Source: Pyrinomonadaceae bacterium (GTDB lineage Bacteria > Acidobacteriota > Blastocatellia > Pyrinomonadales > Pyrinomonadaceae). From it: a stretch of 64,000 nt of DNA. Positions within the stretch are counted from its first letter, which is position 1. Each line of letters begins with the position of its first letter. The DNA lies in NCBI GenBank assembly GCA_037720205.1, contig JBBJMG010000015.1:9853-73852 (forward strand). Reading direction: 5' to 3'. The notes beneath the pieces were generated by a model. It had not been told where the DNA came from and did no database searches. It saw nothing but the letters and a program-made list of their open reading frames with translations. This document shows, in pieces, positions 20,639-29,037 of this stretch. The translations under genes and the position numbers were made by a program.

Positions 20639-21220
20639 ATGCGCAAGCTCAGTGTGCTGCTTTTTGTGATCGGCTCTGCGTCGATGCTCGTCGGCCAGGT
20701 TTCCTCGACCGATTTGGATGCGTCGAGCAGGGAGCTGAAGAAGCGGCTTCTCGGTGACGGTAAAAACATTTTTGCAGTAAAAATTACGGGCTGCCGGGTT
20801 TCGATCAAATCAAATCTCACGAGTTCGACCCAGGACCTGCAACGGGGCGATACGTCGAGCGTGGGACGGGTTATTCCGCCGGATGGCATGTCCGGATTTT
20901 TCTCGGCAGGACCGGATCGCCCTGCAAAGCCGACGATGTACAGCCGTTACGAGATCAATTTCTCCAAACTTGATGCGGGTAAGGTAAGAACGACGCCCGC
21001 CCGCAAGGGAACGGCCCGGCTTGCCATTGTCGATGATCCGAGCGGAGTCATCACAGCAATTACTTCAAACGAAATGCAGGTAAAGTTTTATCCTACGGAG
21101 TATCCGATCATCGTGAACGCGAAAAACGCGGACCGAGTAACGGCTGCGATCCGAAGTTTTGCCAATGCTTGCCATAAAACCACTCGCAAAAAGATCTCAG
21201 GCTCCGTCCCGGAAAACTAA
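20639..21220 (+). CDS. Hypothetical protein with signal-peptide-like N-terminus, last gene of the BMC operon
   Basis: AGGAGA RBS, 9-nt gap after the shell gene. N-terminus MRKLSVLLFVIGSASMLVGQ. No family recognised. Ends [14 protein letters not shown]. Confidence 0.6.
   Translation: MRKLSVLLFVIGSASMLVGQVSSTDLDASSRELKKRLLGDGKNIFAVKITGCRVSIKSNLTSSTQDLQRGDTSSVGRVIPPDGMSGFFSAGPDRPAKPTMYSRYEINFSKLDAGKVRTTPARKGTARLAIVDDPSGVITAITSNEMQVKFYPTEYPIIVNAKNADRVTAAIRSFANACHKTTRKKISGSVPEN
21176..21214 (+). repeat. Copy B of the 39-nt segment encoding [13 protein letters not shown] (3' end of the hypothetical gene)
   Basis: See copy A. The peptide is identical, the DNA diverges only at synonymous positions. 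Confidence 0.9.
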
Positions 21221-21258
21221 TCTCGACGTGCGAAACTCGTAAAGGCGTGCAAAACGAG

Positions 21259-21290
21259 AAAGCCGGCAGTCCGAGGAGGACGCCGGCTTT
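21259..21290. terminator. Hairpin between the convergent BMC operon and VWA genes
   Basis: 9-bp stem (aaagccggc / gccggcttt), 14-nt loop. T-rich tract on the minus strand, weaker on the plus strand. Confidence 0.4.
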
Positions 21291-21306
21291 GCTAATTTGT
21301 GAATGA

Positions 21307-22389
21307 TTACGGCTTACGCGGCGTCGGAACAGGCGATGGCTTCTGAGGTGTGGGAGCCTTTCCTTCGGCCGTTCTCCCTGCCCGCGCGACTGCGATCCGC
21401 TTTTCCTTGTTAGGCCCGTCATCGACCTGGACTTTAATCGTCCGGTAACTTCCGTCAGTTCGGTCATTCGACGGTACATAACCGATGGAGTATTGCGTTC
21501 TCAACTCGCTTGAAATTTCCCGAGCCAAGTTGGGAAGCTCGGCGCCACTCTTTGGAAAGTAGGCCTTCCCGCCCGAATCGGCGGCGATCTTCTCTAAAAA
21601 CGCTTTTGCTTTGGCCTGCGGACTCTTGCTGATAAAACCGCCTTCCTTGCTTAGATCGTCCACGAATCCAATAACGTAAATCTGGACTTCCGACTCGCTC
21701 AGCAGCTCAGATAGCTGTTTCTCGTTGTAGTAGCTATTACGGTCCTCACCATCGCTAACCAAAATGAGGGCGCGACGCTTTCCCGATTCAGATTTCTTGC
21801 CTCGCTCGTAGTCGTCAACGTTTTCGACGGCAAGGTAAAGAGCGTCGATTACAGCAGTCTGGCCGCCCTCGATATACAAATTGTCGAGAGCGTCAATCAA
21901 ATCCGTCTTGTTGTTCGTGAACGGCTGCTCGATCTCGATCTTGTCACGTCCGACAAAACGGATTATCAACGTTTCATCCTCAGCTTTATTCAAGTTCACC
22001 AGCACCTTACCGGCCTCGACGACCTTATCGAGTTGCTGTCGCATCGAACCGGAATTATCAATCACAAGGCCATAATTCGTCGGGACTTCGGATTTGTCAA
22101 AGAAATCAATCTGCTGGACTACACCATCCTCATAAATCTTAAACTCGCGCTGCTGGATGTTATTTATCGGACGGCCATTACGATCTAAAACGCGGACGTT
22201 CAAGTTGACCAACTCGGCGTCTACCTTGATTACCTCATCATCCACTATCGGCGTGGGAGCCACCGTGGGCGTCGGCCGCACCAGAGGTGGCGAGGGCGAC
22301 GCGGACTGTGCTACTAGAAGCGGAGTTGCTGTGGCAATCAATACCGCCGTCATCAGAATTGCAAAAATTCTATTCATGTGTGTGGCCAT
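21307..22389 (-). CDS. Secreted von Willebrand factor A (VWA) domain protein
   Basis: Signal peptide, Pro-rich linker, MIDAS motif IDNSGSM, VWA fold signature (LILVSDGEDRNS). Resembles the acidobacterial VWFA-related family (from memory). Confidence 0.8.
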   Translation of the reverse strand: MATHMNRIFAILMTAVLIATATPLLVAQSASPSPPLVRPTPTVAPTPIVDDEVIKVDAELVNLNVRVLDRNGRPINNIQQREFKIYEDGVVQQIDFFDKSEVPTNYGLVIDNSGSMRQQLDKVVEAGKVLVNLNKAEDETLIIRFVGRDKIEIEQPFTNNKTDLIDALDNLYIEGGQTAVIDALYLAVENVDDYERGKKSESGKRRALILVSDGEDRNSYYNEKQLSELLSESEVQIYVIGFVDDLSKEGGFISKSPQAKAKAFLEKIAADSGGKAYFPKSGAELPNLAREISSELRTQYSIGYVPSNDRTDGSYRTIKVQVDDGPNKEKRIAVARAGRTAEGKAPTPQKPSPVPTPRKP

Positions 22390-22397
22390 GGCGTGTG

Positions 22398-23435
22398 TCA
22401 GCGAAAAAGTGGATTCGGCGTCGCGTAATAGCCCTCACGAGCTCGGACGGTTAGACGCGGTAACCCGCGAGGAGGTTTTATCTTAGTTTTTACCTTTCGC
22501 CATTTACCGTCAATCTTAAAATCCTTGGGCGTATAGCCAATTGAATATTGATGTCGGAGCTCCAGGGCGATCCGCTCAAAAATCTCATCCATCTCAATAT
22601 CCGTCTGCGGATAGAATGATTTGCCGCCCGAGACCGAGCTAAGTTCGTCGAGGAAGGCCTGGCCCTGCATACCGTTGGCACTTGCCGAGTCGCCGCGGTC
22701 CATAATGCCTACCGAGTAGGTTACGACATCCGACTCCTTCATAATGCGGCGAACTTCGCCGAAATTATATCGTGAAGCATTATCTTGCCCGTCACTGATC
22801 ACGAGCATGGCCCGCTTTTGATGGGTACCGCGCGTGACTCGCTCGACTCCCAGGTAGACTGCGTCATAAAGGGCCGTATTATTTTTCGGCTGAACCAACG
22901 TAAGCTTCCTCAAAATCGCCTCGCCGTCGCGCGTCCGATCCATAAGCAATTGAGCTCGGTTGTTGAAGGCAATCAGAAAGTACTCATCCGAGGGATGACT
23001 CGTGTTGATAAACCGTTCAAGAGCCTTCTTAGCCTTTCTAATTTTCTCTCCGTTCATTGAACCAGAGACATCGAATAGTATTCCTACCGAAACCGGTGCG
23101 TCGGCGTCGCTAAAATACGATATCTCCTGCTCGACCCCGTTATCAAAAACTGTGAATGCATTCTTATTCAGCCCGGACACATATCGGCCGTACGGGTCCG
23201 TGACCGTGAGCGTTAGCGTGACAAGATCAGTCTTTATCCGCAACGGCCCTTCGTCGTCTGGCGACGGGACCGGTGTCGGGGTGGCCTCCTGTGCCGCGGC
23301 CGCGACGACGGCCATGAATACGAACAACGATGCTACCGCGAAACGATTCAGCATAAGTAAGAAACCGAAACGAGTCGCTGACAAAGAAACCATTATTAAC
23401 CCCTTATATCCACTTTTCTGCTTCCCAAGGCACAA
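22398..23435 (-). CDS. Secreted VWA domain protein (tandem paralogue)
   Basis: MIDAS FDVSGSM, LVISDGQDNAS. Same architecture as its neighbour. The true start may be an internal Met (MVSLSATRF...). Confidence 0.8.
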   Translation of the reverse strand: MCLGKQKSGYKGLIMVSLSATRFGFLLMLNRFAVASLFVFMAVVAAAAQEATPTPVPSPDDEGPLRIKTDLVTLTLTVTDPYGRYVSGLNKNAFTVFDNGVEQEISYFSDADAPVSVGILFDVSGSMNGEKIRKAKKALERFINTSHPSDEYFLIAFNNRAQLLMDRTRDGEAILRKLTLVQPKNNTALYDAVYLGVERVTRGTHQKRAMLVISDGQDNASRYNFGEVRRIMKESDVVTYSVGIMDRGDSASANGMQGQAFLDELSSVSGGKSFYPQTDIEMDEIFERIALELRHQYSIGYTPKDFKIDGKWRKVKTKIKPPRGLPRLTVRAREGYYATPNPLFR

Positions 23436-23604
23436 GTCGTCCCAGATAAATTTTCGATGTCGAGACCGGCCTCAACGTTGTTTGGACCGCGGCCGATTCG
23501 CTACATTATTTCGTCGCAACATTTAGCTACGAGCTGCGTGATATAATTCGGAGAGTTTTCTTTCTCGGATGCGGAGCCTTTGCGTCCGCAAAATGGCCTA
23601 GTTT

Positions 23605-24834
23605 ATGACCGAATACATCTGCCGTTTGGGAACGCCCTCGGGGGACATTGTAACCCGCGTTATCGAGGCAGCTGGGGTTGCGGAGGCGCGTGCGCGACTG
23701 GAGAGCGAAGGCTTTCGGGTTTTCGCCGTTTCGAGCGGTCAGGAAGGCCTTTCTGCCGTGCTCTCCATGGGCGGGTCGAAACGGAAAGTAAAACAGGCCG
23801 ATTTCCTTTTATTCAATCAACAGCTTTCTGCACTGCTCAGGGCCGGAATCCCTGTCCTGCAGGCGATTGGCCTGCTCAAGAGTCGTTCTGCATCGGCAAA
23901 TCTGCGGCTGGTACTTGCCGATGTCGAGGAAAAGATTAAAAGCGGTATTCCGTTGTCGGACGCATTTGAGGCCCAGGGGATTTTTCCGCGGATCTACACC
24001 GCTTCCATTCTCGCGGGCGAAAAGAGCGGCGCACTCGATGACGTACTGTCTCGGTTCGTTACGTACCTGAAAAGGAGCGTCGGCGTATCCCGGAAGCTGC
24101 GCGGAGCGTTGGCCTATCCCGCGTTCCTGCTGCTGGCGGCCTTGATAATGGTCGCGTTCCTGACACTTTATATCGTGCCGCGGATGTCTGATCTCTTCAA
24201 GAGTCTCAGCGCCAATCGATCTTTGCCCACTGTGACTCTGGTTGTGCTGTGGCTCTCCAATACAGTCATCAACAATATCTTCTGGCTCGCTCCGCTTACT
24301 CTGGTCGTCGTTTTAGGACTTGTATTCTGGTTGAGGACGACGGGCGGCAAGCTGTTACTGCACAAATTTCTCCTGAAACTCCCGATTGCGGGCAAACTTA
24401 TCCGCAATATGGCGACCGCCCAGTTGTCGCGTTCGCTCTCGACGCTTTTATCTGGGGGAATCACTGTCCCGGATGCCTGGGATATCTCGTCGCAGGCGAT
24501 CAATAATCTTGAGCTACGTCGACGGAGTCAGGGCGTGCTGCCGATGATCCGCGAGGGTCGTGGGTTTACCGAGGCTCTTGATCAGGCCAACTGGGTGCCC
24601 GAGCTCGGGCTCGATATGATTGGAATCGGCGAAAAATCAGGCAGTCTGCGCGAGATGCTGGATGAGGTCGCCACATTTTATGATGCTGAGGCGGAGGTGC
24701 GATTGGAGCAGTTTACGACCCTGCTCGAGCCTCTCATACTCTTATTTATGGCGGCTATCGTGGTGACGATCCTCCTCGCGATTTACCTGCCGATCATTCA
24801 GATGATATCTTCCGGCCCGAGCGGAAAACGATAA
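23605..24834 (+). CDS. Type II secretion / type IV pilus platform protein (GspF/PilC family)
   Basis: Two GspF-type repeats, three TM segments, about 400 aa. The cognate ATPase follows directly. Confidence 0.9.
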   Translation: MTEYICRLGTPSGDIVTRVIEAAGVAEARARLESEGFRVFAVSSGQEGLSAVLSMGGSKRKVKQADFLLFNQQLSALLRAGIPVLQAIGLLKSRSASANLRLVLADVEEKIKSGIPLSDAFEAQGIFPRIYTASILAGEKSGALDDVLSRFVTYLKRSVGVSRKLRGALAYPAFLLLAALIMVAFLTLYIVPRMSDLFKSLSANRSLPTVTLVVLWLSNTVINNIFWLAPLTLVVVLGLVFWLRTTGGKLLLHKFLLKLPIAGKLIRNMATAQLSRSLSTLLSGGITVPDAWDISSQAINNLELRRRSQGVLPMIREGRGFTEALDQANWVPELGLDMIGIGEKSGSLREMLDEVATFYDAEAEVRLEQFTTLLEPLILLFMAAIVVTILLAIYLPIIQMISSGPSGKR

Positions 24835-24839
24835 CCGAA

Positions 24840-26522
24840 ATGGATAACGTTGTTGCCGATACTGTCACGCCGCCGACGATCGATGTCGCGGAGTTTCTCG
24901 ATAAAGAACCGCCCGAGGTTGTAAACGCCAAAAATCTTGCCCGGCGTTATCGCATGCCTTTCATTGATTTGCTGCCGCCCGAACAGGCGTCACCGGTCGA
25001 TCAGGACGAGCTATCACGAATCTCGGTCGACCTGATGCTGCGAAATCAGTTTGTTCCGCTGCGTCGCGAAGGAAACAACCTGCACGCTGCGATGGCAGAT
25101 CCGACGAATCTCGAACGCCTCGACGAGCTGGAGAATGTTCTCAATGTCAGGATAGTTCCGTATGTCGCCACGGCGGGCGCGATCGACGTCGTACTGCGCA
25201 AAGGCGAGCAGACCCAACGCGTGCTTCAGGAGGCCGCTTCGGGATTTAAGATTTCGATCCTCAAAGAGACCGAACAGGGCGAAGAGGTGCTCGATTTGGA
25301 TCGGCTTGCTTCTGACAGCGAGATGTCGCCGATCATTAAGCTCGTCGATACCATTCTTTACAACGCAATGGAATCGCGGTCCTCAGACATCCACATCGAG
25401 ACCCGCGAACGCGACGTGCAGGTGAAGTTCCGGATCGACGGAGCCCTTTACGCCAAAGTTGATCCAATTGACATTTCTTTTCACCAGACACTGATCTCGC
25501 GTATTAAGGTAATGTCTGAACTCGACATCGCGGAGCGGCGAATCCCACAGGACGGCCGTTTTCGCGTACGGTACAAGGGGCGCACGGTGGATTTCCGTGT
25601 CTCCATCATGCCTACGATTTACGGTGAGGACGCGGTTATTCGTATCCTCGATAAAGAACAGATCAATGAGAGTTTTAAGAATCTTGATCTTGATGTAGTC
25701 GGCTTTGACCCGGAGGATGTCTCGCGTTTCCGCATTTACATTAAGGAGCCGTACGGAATGGTACTTGTGACCGGCCCCACGGGTTCAGGAAAAACGACCA
25801 CTCTTTATGCTGCTCTTAATGAAATCAAGAATGACGAAGACAAGATAATCACTATCGAAGATCCCGTCGAGTATCAGCTGCATAATATTGTCCAGATTCC
25901 GGTCAATGAAAAGAAAGGTCTGACGTTCGCTCGGGGGCTGCGTTCTATTTTGCGTCACGATCCGGACAAGATCATGGTCGGCGAGATTCGCGACGAAGAG
26001 ACGGCCCAGATCGCGATTCAGTCCGCACTGACGGGCCATCTTGTCTTTACAACCGTCCATGCCAACAACGTGATTGACGTTATCGGCCGCTTTCTAAACA
26101 TGGGCGTTGAGCCATACAATTTCGTCTCCTCACTCAACTGCGTACTCGCCCAGCGGCTCGTCAGACTGCTCTGTCCGACATGTAAACGCCCATATACGCC
26201 GACGGAAGAAGAACTTACGGAATCCGGAATGCGTAGCGAAGAATTGCCCAGCGGGCAGGTGTTTTTCCGCAGCGTCGGATGCGATTCGTGTAATCATACC
26301 GGGTACCGCGGACGAACCGCGATCCACGAGTTGTTGGACATGTCAGACACCATTCGCGAAATGATAATCGAGCGCCGACCAGGTTCAGAGATCCGTCGAC
26401 AGGCGGAGAAGGAAGGCCTCTCTTCGCTGCGCGAATCCGCCGTCAAGAAGGTTTTCCTCGGTATGAGCACGCTCCACGAGATCAACCGGGTGACGTTTGT
26501 GGAGGAGATCGGCAAGGTCTAG
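24840..26522 (+). CDS. Type II secretion / type IV pilus assembly ATPase (GspE/PilB family)
   Basis: T2SSE N-terminal domain, Walker A GPTGSGKTT, Asp/His boxes, tetracysteine motif CPTC...CDSC. Confidence 0.92.
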   Translation: MDNVVADTVTPPTIDVAEFLDKEPPEVVNAKNLARRYRMPFIDLLPPEQASPVDQDELSRISVDLMLRNQFVPLRREGNNLHAAMADPTNLERLDELENVLNVRIVPYVATAGAIDVVLRKGEQTQRVLQEAASGFKISILKETEQGEEVLDLDRLASDSEMSPIIKLVDTILYNAMESRSSDIHIETRERDVQVKFRIDGALYAKVDPIDISFHQTLISRIKVMSELDIAERRIPQDGRFRVRYKGRTVDFRVSIMPTIYGEDAVIRILDKEQINESFKNLDLDVVGFDPEDVSRFRIYIKEPYGMVLVTGPTGSGKTTTLYAALNEIKNDEDKIITIEDPVEYQLHNIVQIPVNEKKGLTFARGLRSILRHDPDKIMVGEIRDEETAQIAIQSALTGHLVFTTVHANNVIDVIGRFLNMGVEPYNFVSSLNCVLAQRLVRLLCPTCKRPYTPTEEELTESGMRSEELPSGQVFFRSVGCDSCNHTGYRGRTAIHELLDMSDTIREMIIERRPGSEIRRQAEKEGLSSLRESAVKKVFLGMSTLHEINRVTFVEEIGKV

Positions 26523-26532
26523 TCAGTTGTAA

Positions 26533-27456
26533 TTAACTATCATTCCGATCAGCGATTATTGAGGCAAAAATAGTTGGATCGACATTCCCTCCGCTTACGA
26601 CAAGACAGATTTTCTTTTCTTTAAATCTCTCTTTATTTTCCAGCAGGGCACCCAGCGATAATGCACCCGTGGGCTCGCACTTGAGATTGGCGAGCGTGAA
26701 ATATAAACAGGTGGCTTTGGCGATATTCCTCTCGCTCACCTCGATGATAAGCTTGACGCCGTCGCGTATGATGGGCCAGTTAAGCGTACCAAGCGAGAGC
26801 GTCCGTGTGCCGTCGGCGATGGTTTGCGGCTCGAACTCATTCGCTATCAGCTTACCCGCCCTCAATGATCGAGCGGCATCGTTGGCCATCTGCGGCTCGG
26901 CGCCAACAATCTCTGCGAGGCAGTCCTTTCTCGCAAAACTCTGAATCGTGCCCGAGATCAATCCGCCGCCGCCAATTGGGATTATCACCGCGTCGAAATC
27001 GTGTTGAGCCAACTCGTCACCGAGCGTCGCGTTGCCGTCGATGACGAATTGATCGTCGAATGCACTCGCGAGATAGGCGTCGGGCCGCTCGTTGGCTAAA
27101 TCAGCGAGGCGTTGACTGCGGCTAACGGAATTTACGTCGATAAGATCTACCGAGGCCCCGAACGCGGCAACCGCATCGACTTTCACGCGGGCCGAGTTGT
27201 GCGGCATGATCACCGTGCATTTCCGCCCCAGCAGTCTGCACGCGTACGCGAGAGCCTGCCCGAAATTCCCGGACGATACCCCGATAAATTCGTCGTTCGG
27301 ATTCTGAATCACAACATTTAACGCCGCCCGGAACTTAAAGCTACCGGTGTGTTGAAAGGTCTCGCTAGCGATTGTAACGTCCAGACCGAGACGATCGAGA
27401 AGTTTCGCTGATCTGATAAGTGTCGTCGGGCGAATGGCGTCGCGGAGTGCTAACAT
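26533..27456 (-). CDS. PLP-dependent serine/threonine dehydratase-like enzyme (Trp-synthase beta superfamily)
   Basis: PLP-lysine motif GSFKFR, SSGNFGQALA and glycine loop IGGGGLISG. ATG at 27456 preferred over GTG at 27483. Confidence 0.75.
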   Translation of the reverse strand: MLALRDAIRPTTLIRSAKLLDRLGLDVTIASETFQHTGSFKFRAALNVVIQNPNDEFIGVSSGNFGQALAYACRLLGRKCTVIMPHNSARVKVDAVAAFGASVDLIDVNSVSRSQRLADLANERPDAYLASAFDDQFVIDGNATLGDELAQHDFDAVIIPIGGGGLISGTIQSFARKDCLAEIVGAEPQMANDAARSLRAGKLIANEFEPQTIADGTRTLSLGTLNWPIIRDGVKLIIEVSERNIAKATCLYFTLANLKCEPTGALSLGALLENKERFKEKKICLVVSGGNVDPTIFASIIADRNDS

Positions 27457-27604
27457 AAGATTCCAAATGCAGTCTAGTATCACAGATTCCGCCGGGCAAG
27501 TTCACGCCTACACTCGGCCCATTCATGTCCACATTGTGCAGGATGTCGCAGAATGAAGGCCATGACCTATACGAGCAGCTTTACCGCTTAGGGAATTGAA
27601 AAGA

Positions 27605-29017
27605 ATGTCAAAAGCTCAATTTGGAATGATCGGCCTCGGAACCATGGGCAGGAATTTTCTCCTCAATGTCGGCGAACAGGGGTTTGTCGGGTTGGGATAC
27701 GATCATGATGTCGAAAAGACCAAGCTTTTAACCGACGACGCCCGCGACCTAAATGCTTCTGCTGTCGCGACGCTGCCCGAGTTTATTGCCGGCCTGGATC
27801 TGCCACGGCGCATCATGATGCTTGTGCCTGCGGGGCCGATAGTCGATTCCGTAATCGAGGAGCTTTTGCCCAGCCTCGGATACGGCGATGTCATCATCGA
27901 CGGGGGCAATTCGCATTTCACCGATACAGAACGCCGCGAAGCATTTCTCGCAGAAAAAGGCATCAGTTTCCTTGGCGTCGGGGTCTCGGGCGGGGAGGAA
28001 GGTGCACGCCATGGAGCGAGTATTATGGCGGGCGGAAACGAAGCGGCCTATGAGCAGGTTCGCAACATTTTCGAGGCCGCCTCTGCAAAAGTACTTGGCG
28101 AACCGTGTGCGGCTCATGTTGGGAAGAGCTCCGCCGGACACTTTGTCAAGATGGTGCACAACGGCATCGAGTACGCCATGATGCAGCTCATTGCTGAAAC
28201 TTATGATTATTTGAGGACTAAACTTGCGCTCAGCTCTGACGAAATTAGTAAGGTATTTGCTGCTTGGAACGAGGGCCCGCTAAATTCTTTCCTCGTAGAA
28301 ATAACCGCCGTTGTCCTGGCCAAAAAAGATAGTGAGTCGGGAAATCCTCTCGCAGACATGCTGCTGGACACAGCCGGGCAAAAGGGAACTGGCAAATGGA
28401 CGTCGCAGGCCGCAACGGACCTGGGAGTGCCGATTCCCACAATTGATTCGGCAGTGTCGATGCGACAAATTTCTGGACGAAAAGTGCTTCGAACACAGCT
28501 GGCGTCGCAAATAAAGGAAGACGCAAACCCTACCCGTGAGGCGGCCATCGAATTGACGATCGAAGATCTCGCCGCGGCGCTTGAATGTGCATTTCTGATC
28601 ACGTACACGCAGGGGATGTCACTGCTGCAAACCGCATCCGATGAGAGAGAGTACGATCTGGATCTGGTCGAGATCGCGAAGATATGGCGCGGCGGATGCA
28701 TAATCAGATCTAGGATGCTCGAGGATGCAAGGGCGGCGTTCGCTGACGACGCAAAACTGGAGAGCCTTTTGCTTAACGCCCGGTTCGCGGCTCTGGTCTC
28801 CGCCGGTGAACAAGCGCTTCGGTCAACGGTCATTGCCTTTACCACGCAGAAAATACCTTCGCTTTGTTTCGCGTCGGCATTGAACTACCTCGACGCAATA
28901 CGCAGCGAACGGCTGCCCGCTAACCTCATTCAAGCCCAGCGAGATCATTTCGGAGCCCATACATACCAACGCATCGACGCAGATGGATTTTTTCATACGC
29001 CGGATTGGGATAAGTAG
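27605..29017 (+). CDS. gnd: 6-phosphogluconate dehydrogenase (decarboxylating)
   Basis: GLGTMGRN dinucleotide-binding motif, GGNSHF and the 6PGD C-terminal domain. ATG at 27605 (TTG at 27596 is also possible). Confidence 0.9.
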   Translation: MSKAQFGMIGLGTMGRNFLLNVGEQGFVGLGYDHDVEKTKLLTDDARDLNASAVATLPEFIAGLDLPRRIMMLVPAGPIVDSVIEELLPSLGYGDVIIDGGNSHFTDTERREAFLAEKGISFLGVGVSGGEEGARHGASIMAGGNEAAYEQVRNIFEAASAKVLGEPCAAHVGKSSAGHFVKMVHNGIEYAMMQLIAETYDYLRTKLALSSDEISKVFAAWNEGPLNSFLVEITAVVLAKKDSESGNPLADMLLDTAGQKGTGKWTSQAATDLGVPIPTIDSAVSMRQISGRKVLRTQLASQIKEDANPTREAAIELTIEDLAAALECAFLITYTQGMSLLQTASDEREYDLDLVEIAKIWRGGCIIRSRMLEDARAAFADDAKLESLLLNARFAALVSAGEQALRSTVIAFTTQKIPSLCFASALNYLDAIRSERLPANLIQAQRDHFGAHTYQRIDADGFFHTPDWDK

Positions 29018-29037
29018 GGTGAGCCGCGGCCCCGATA

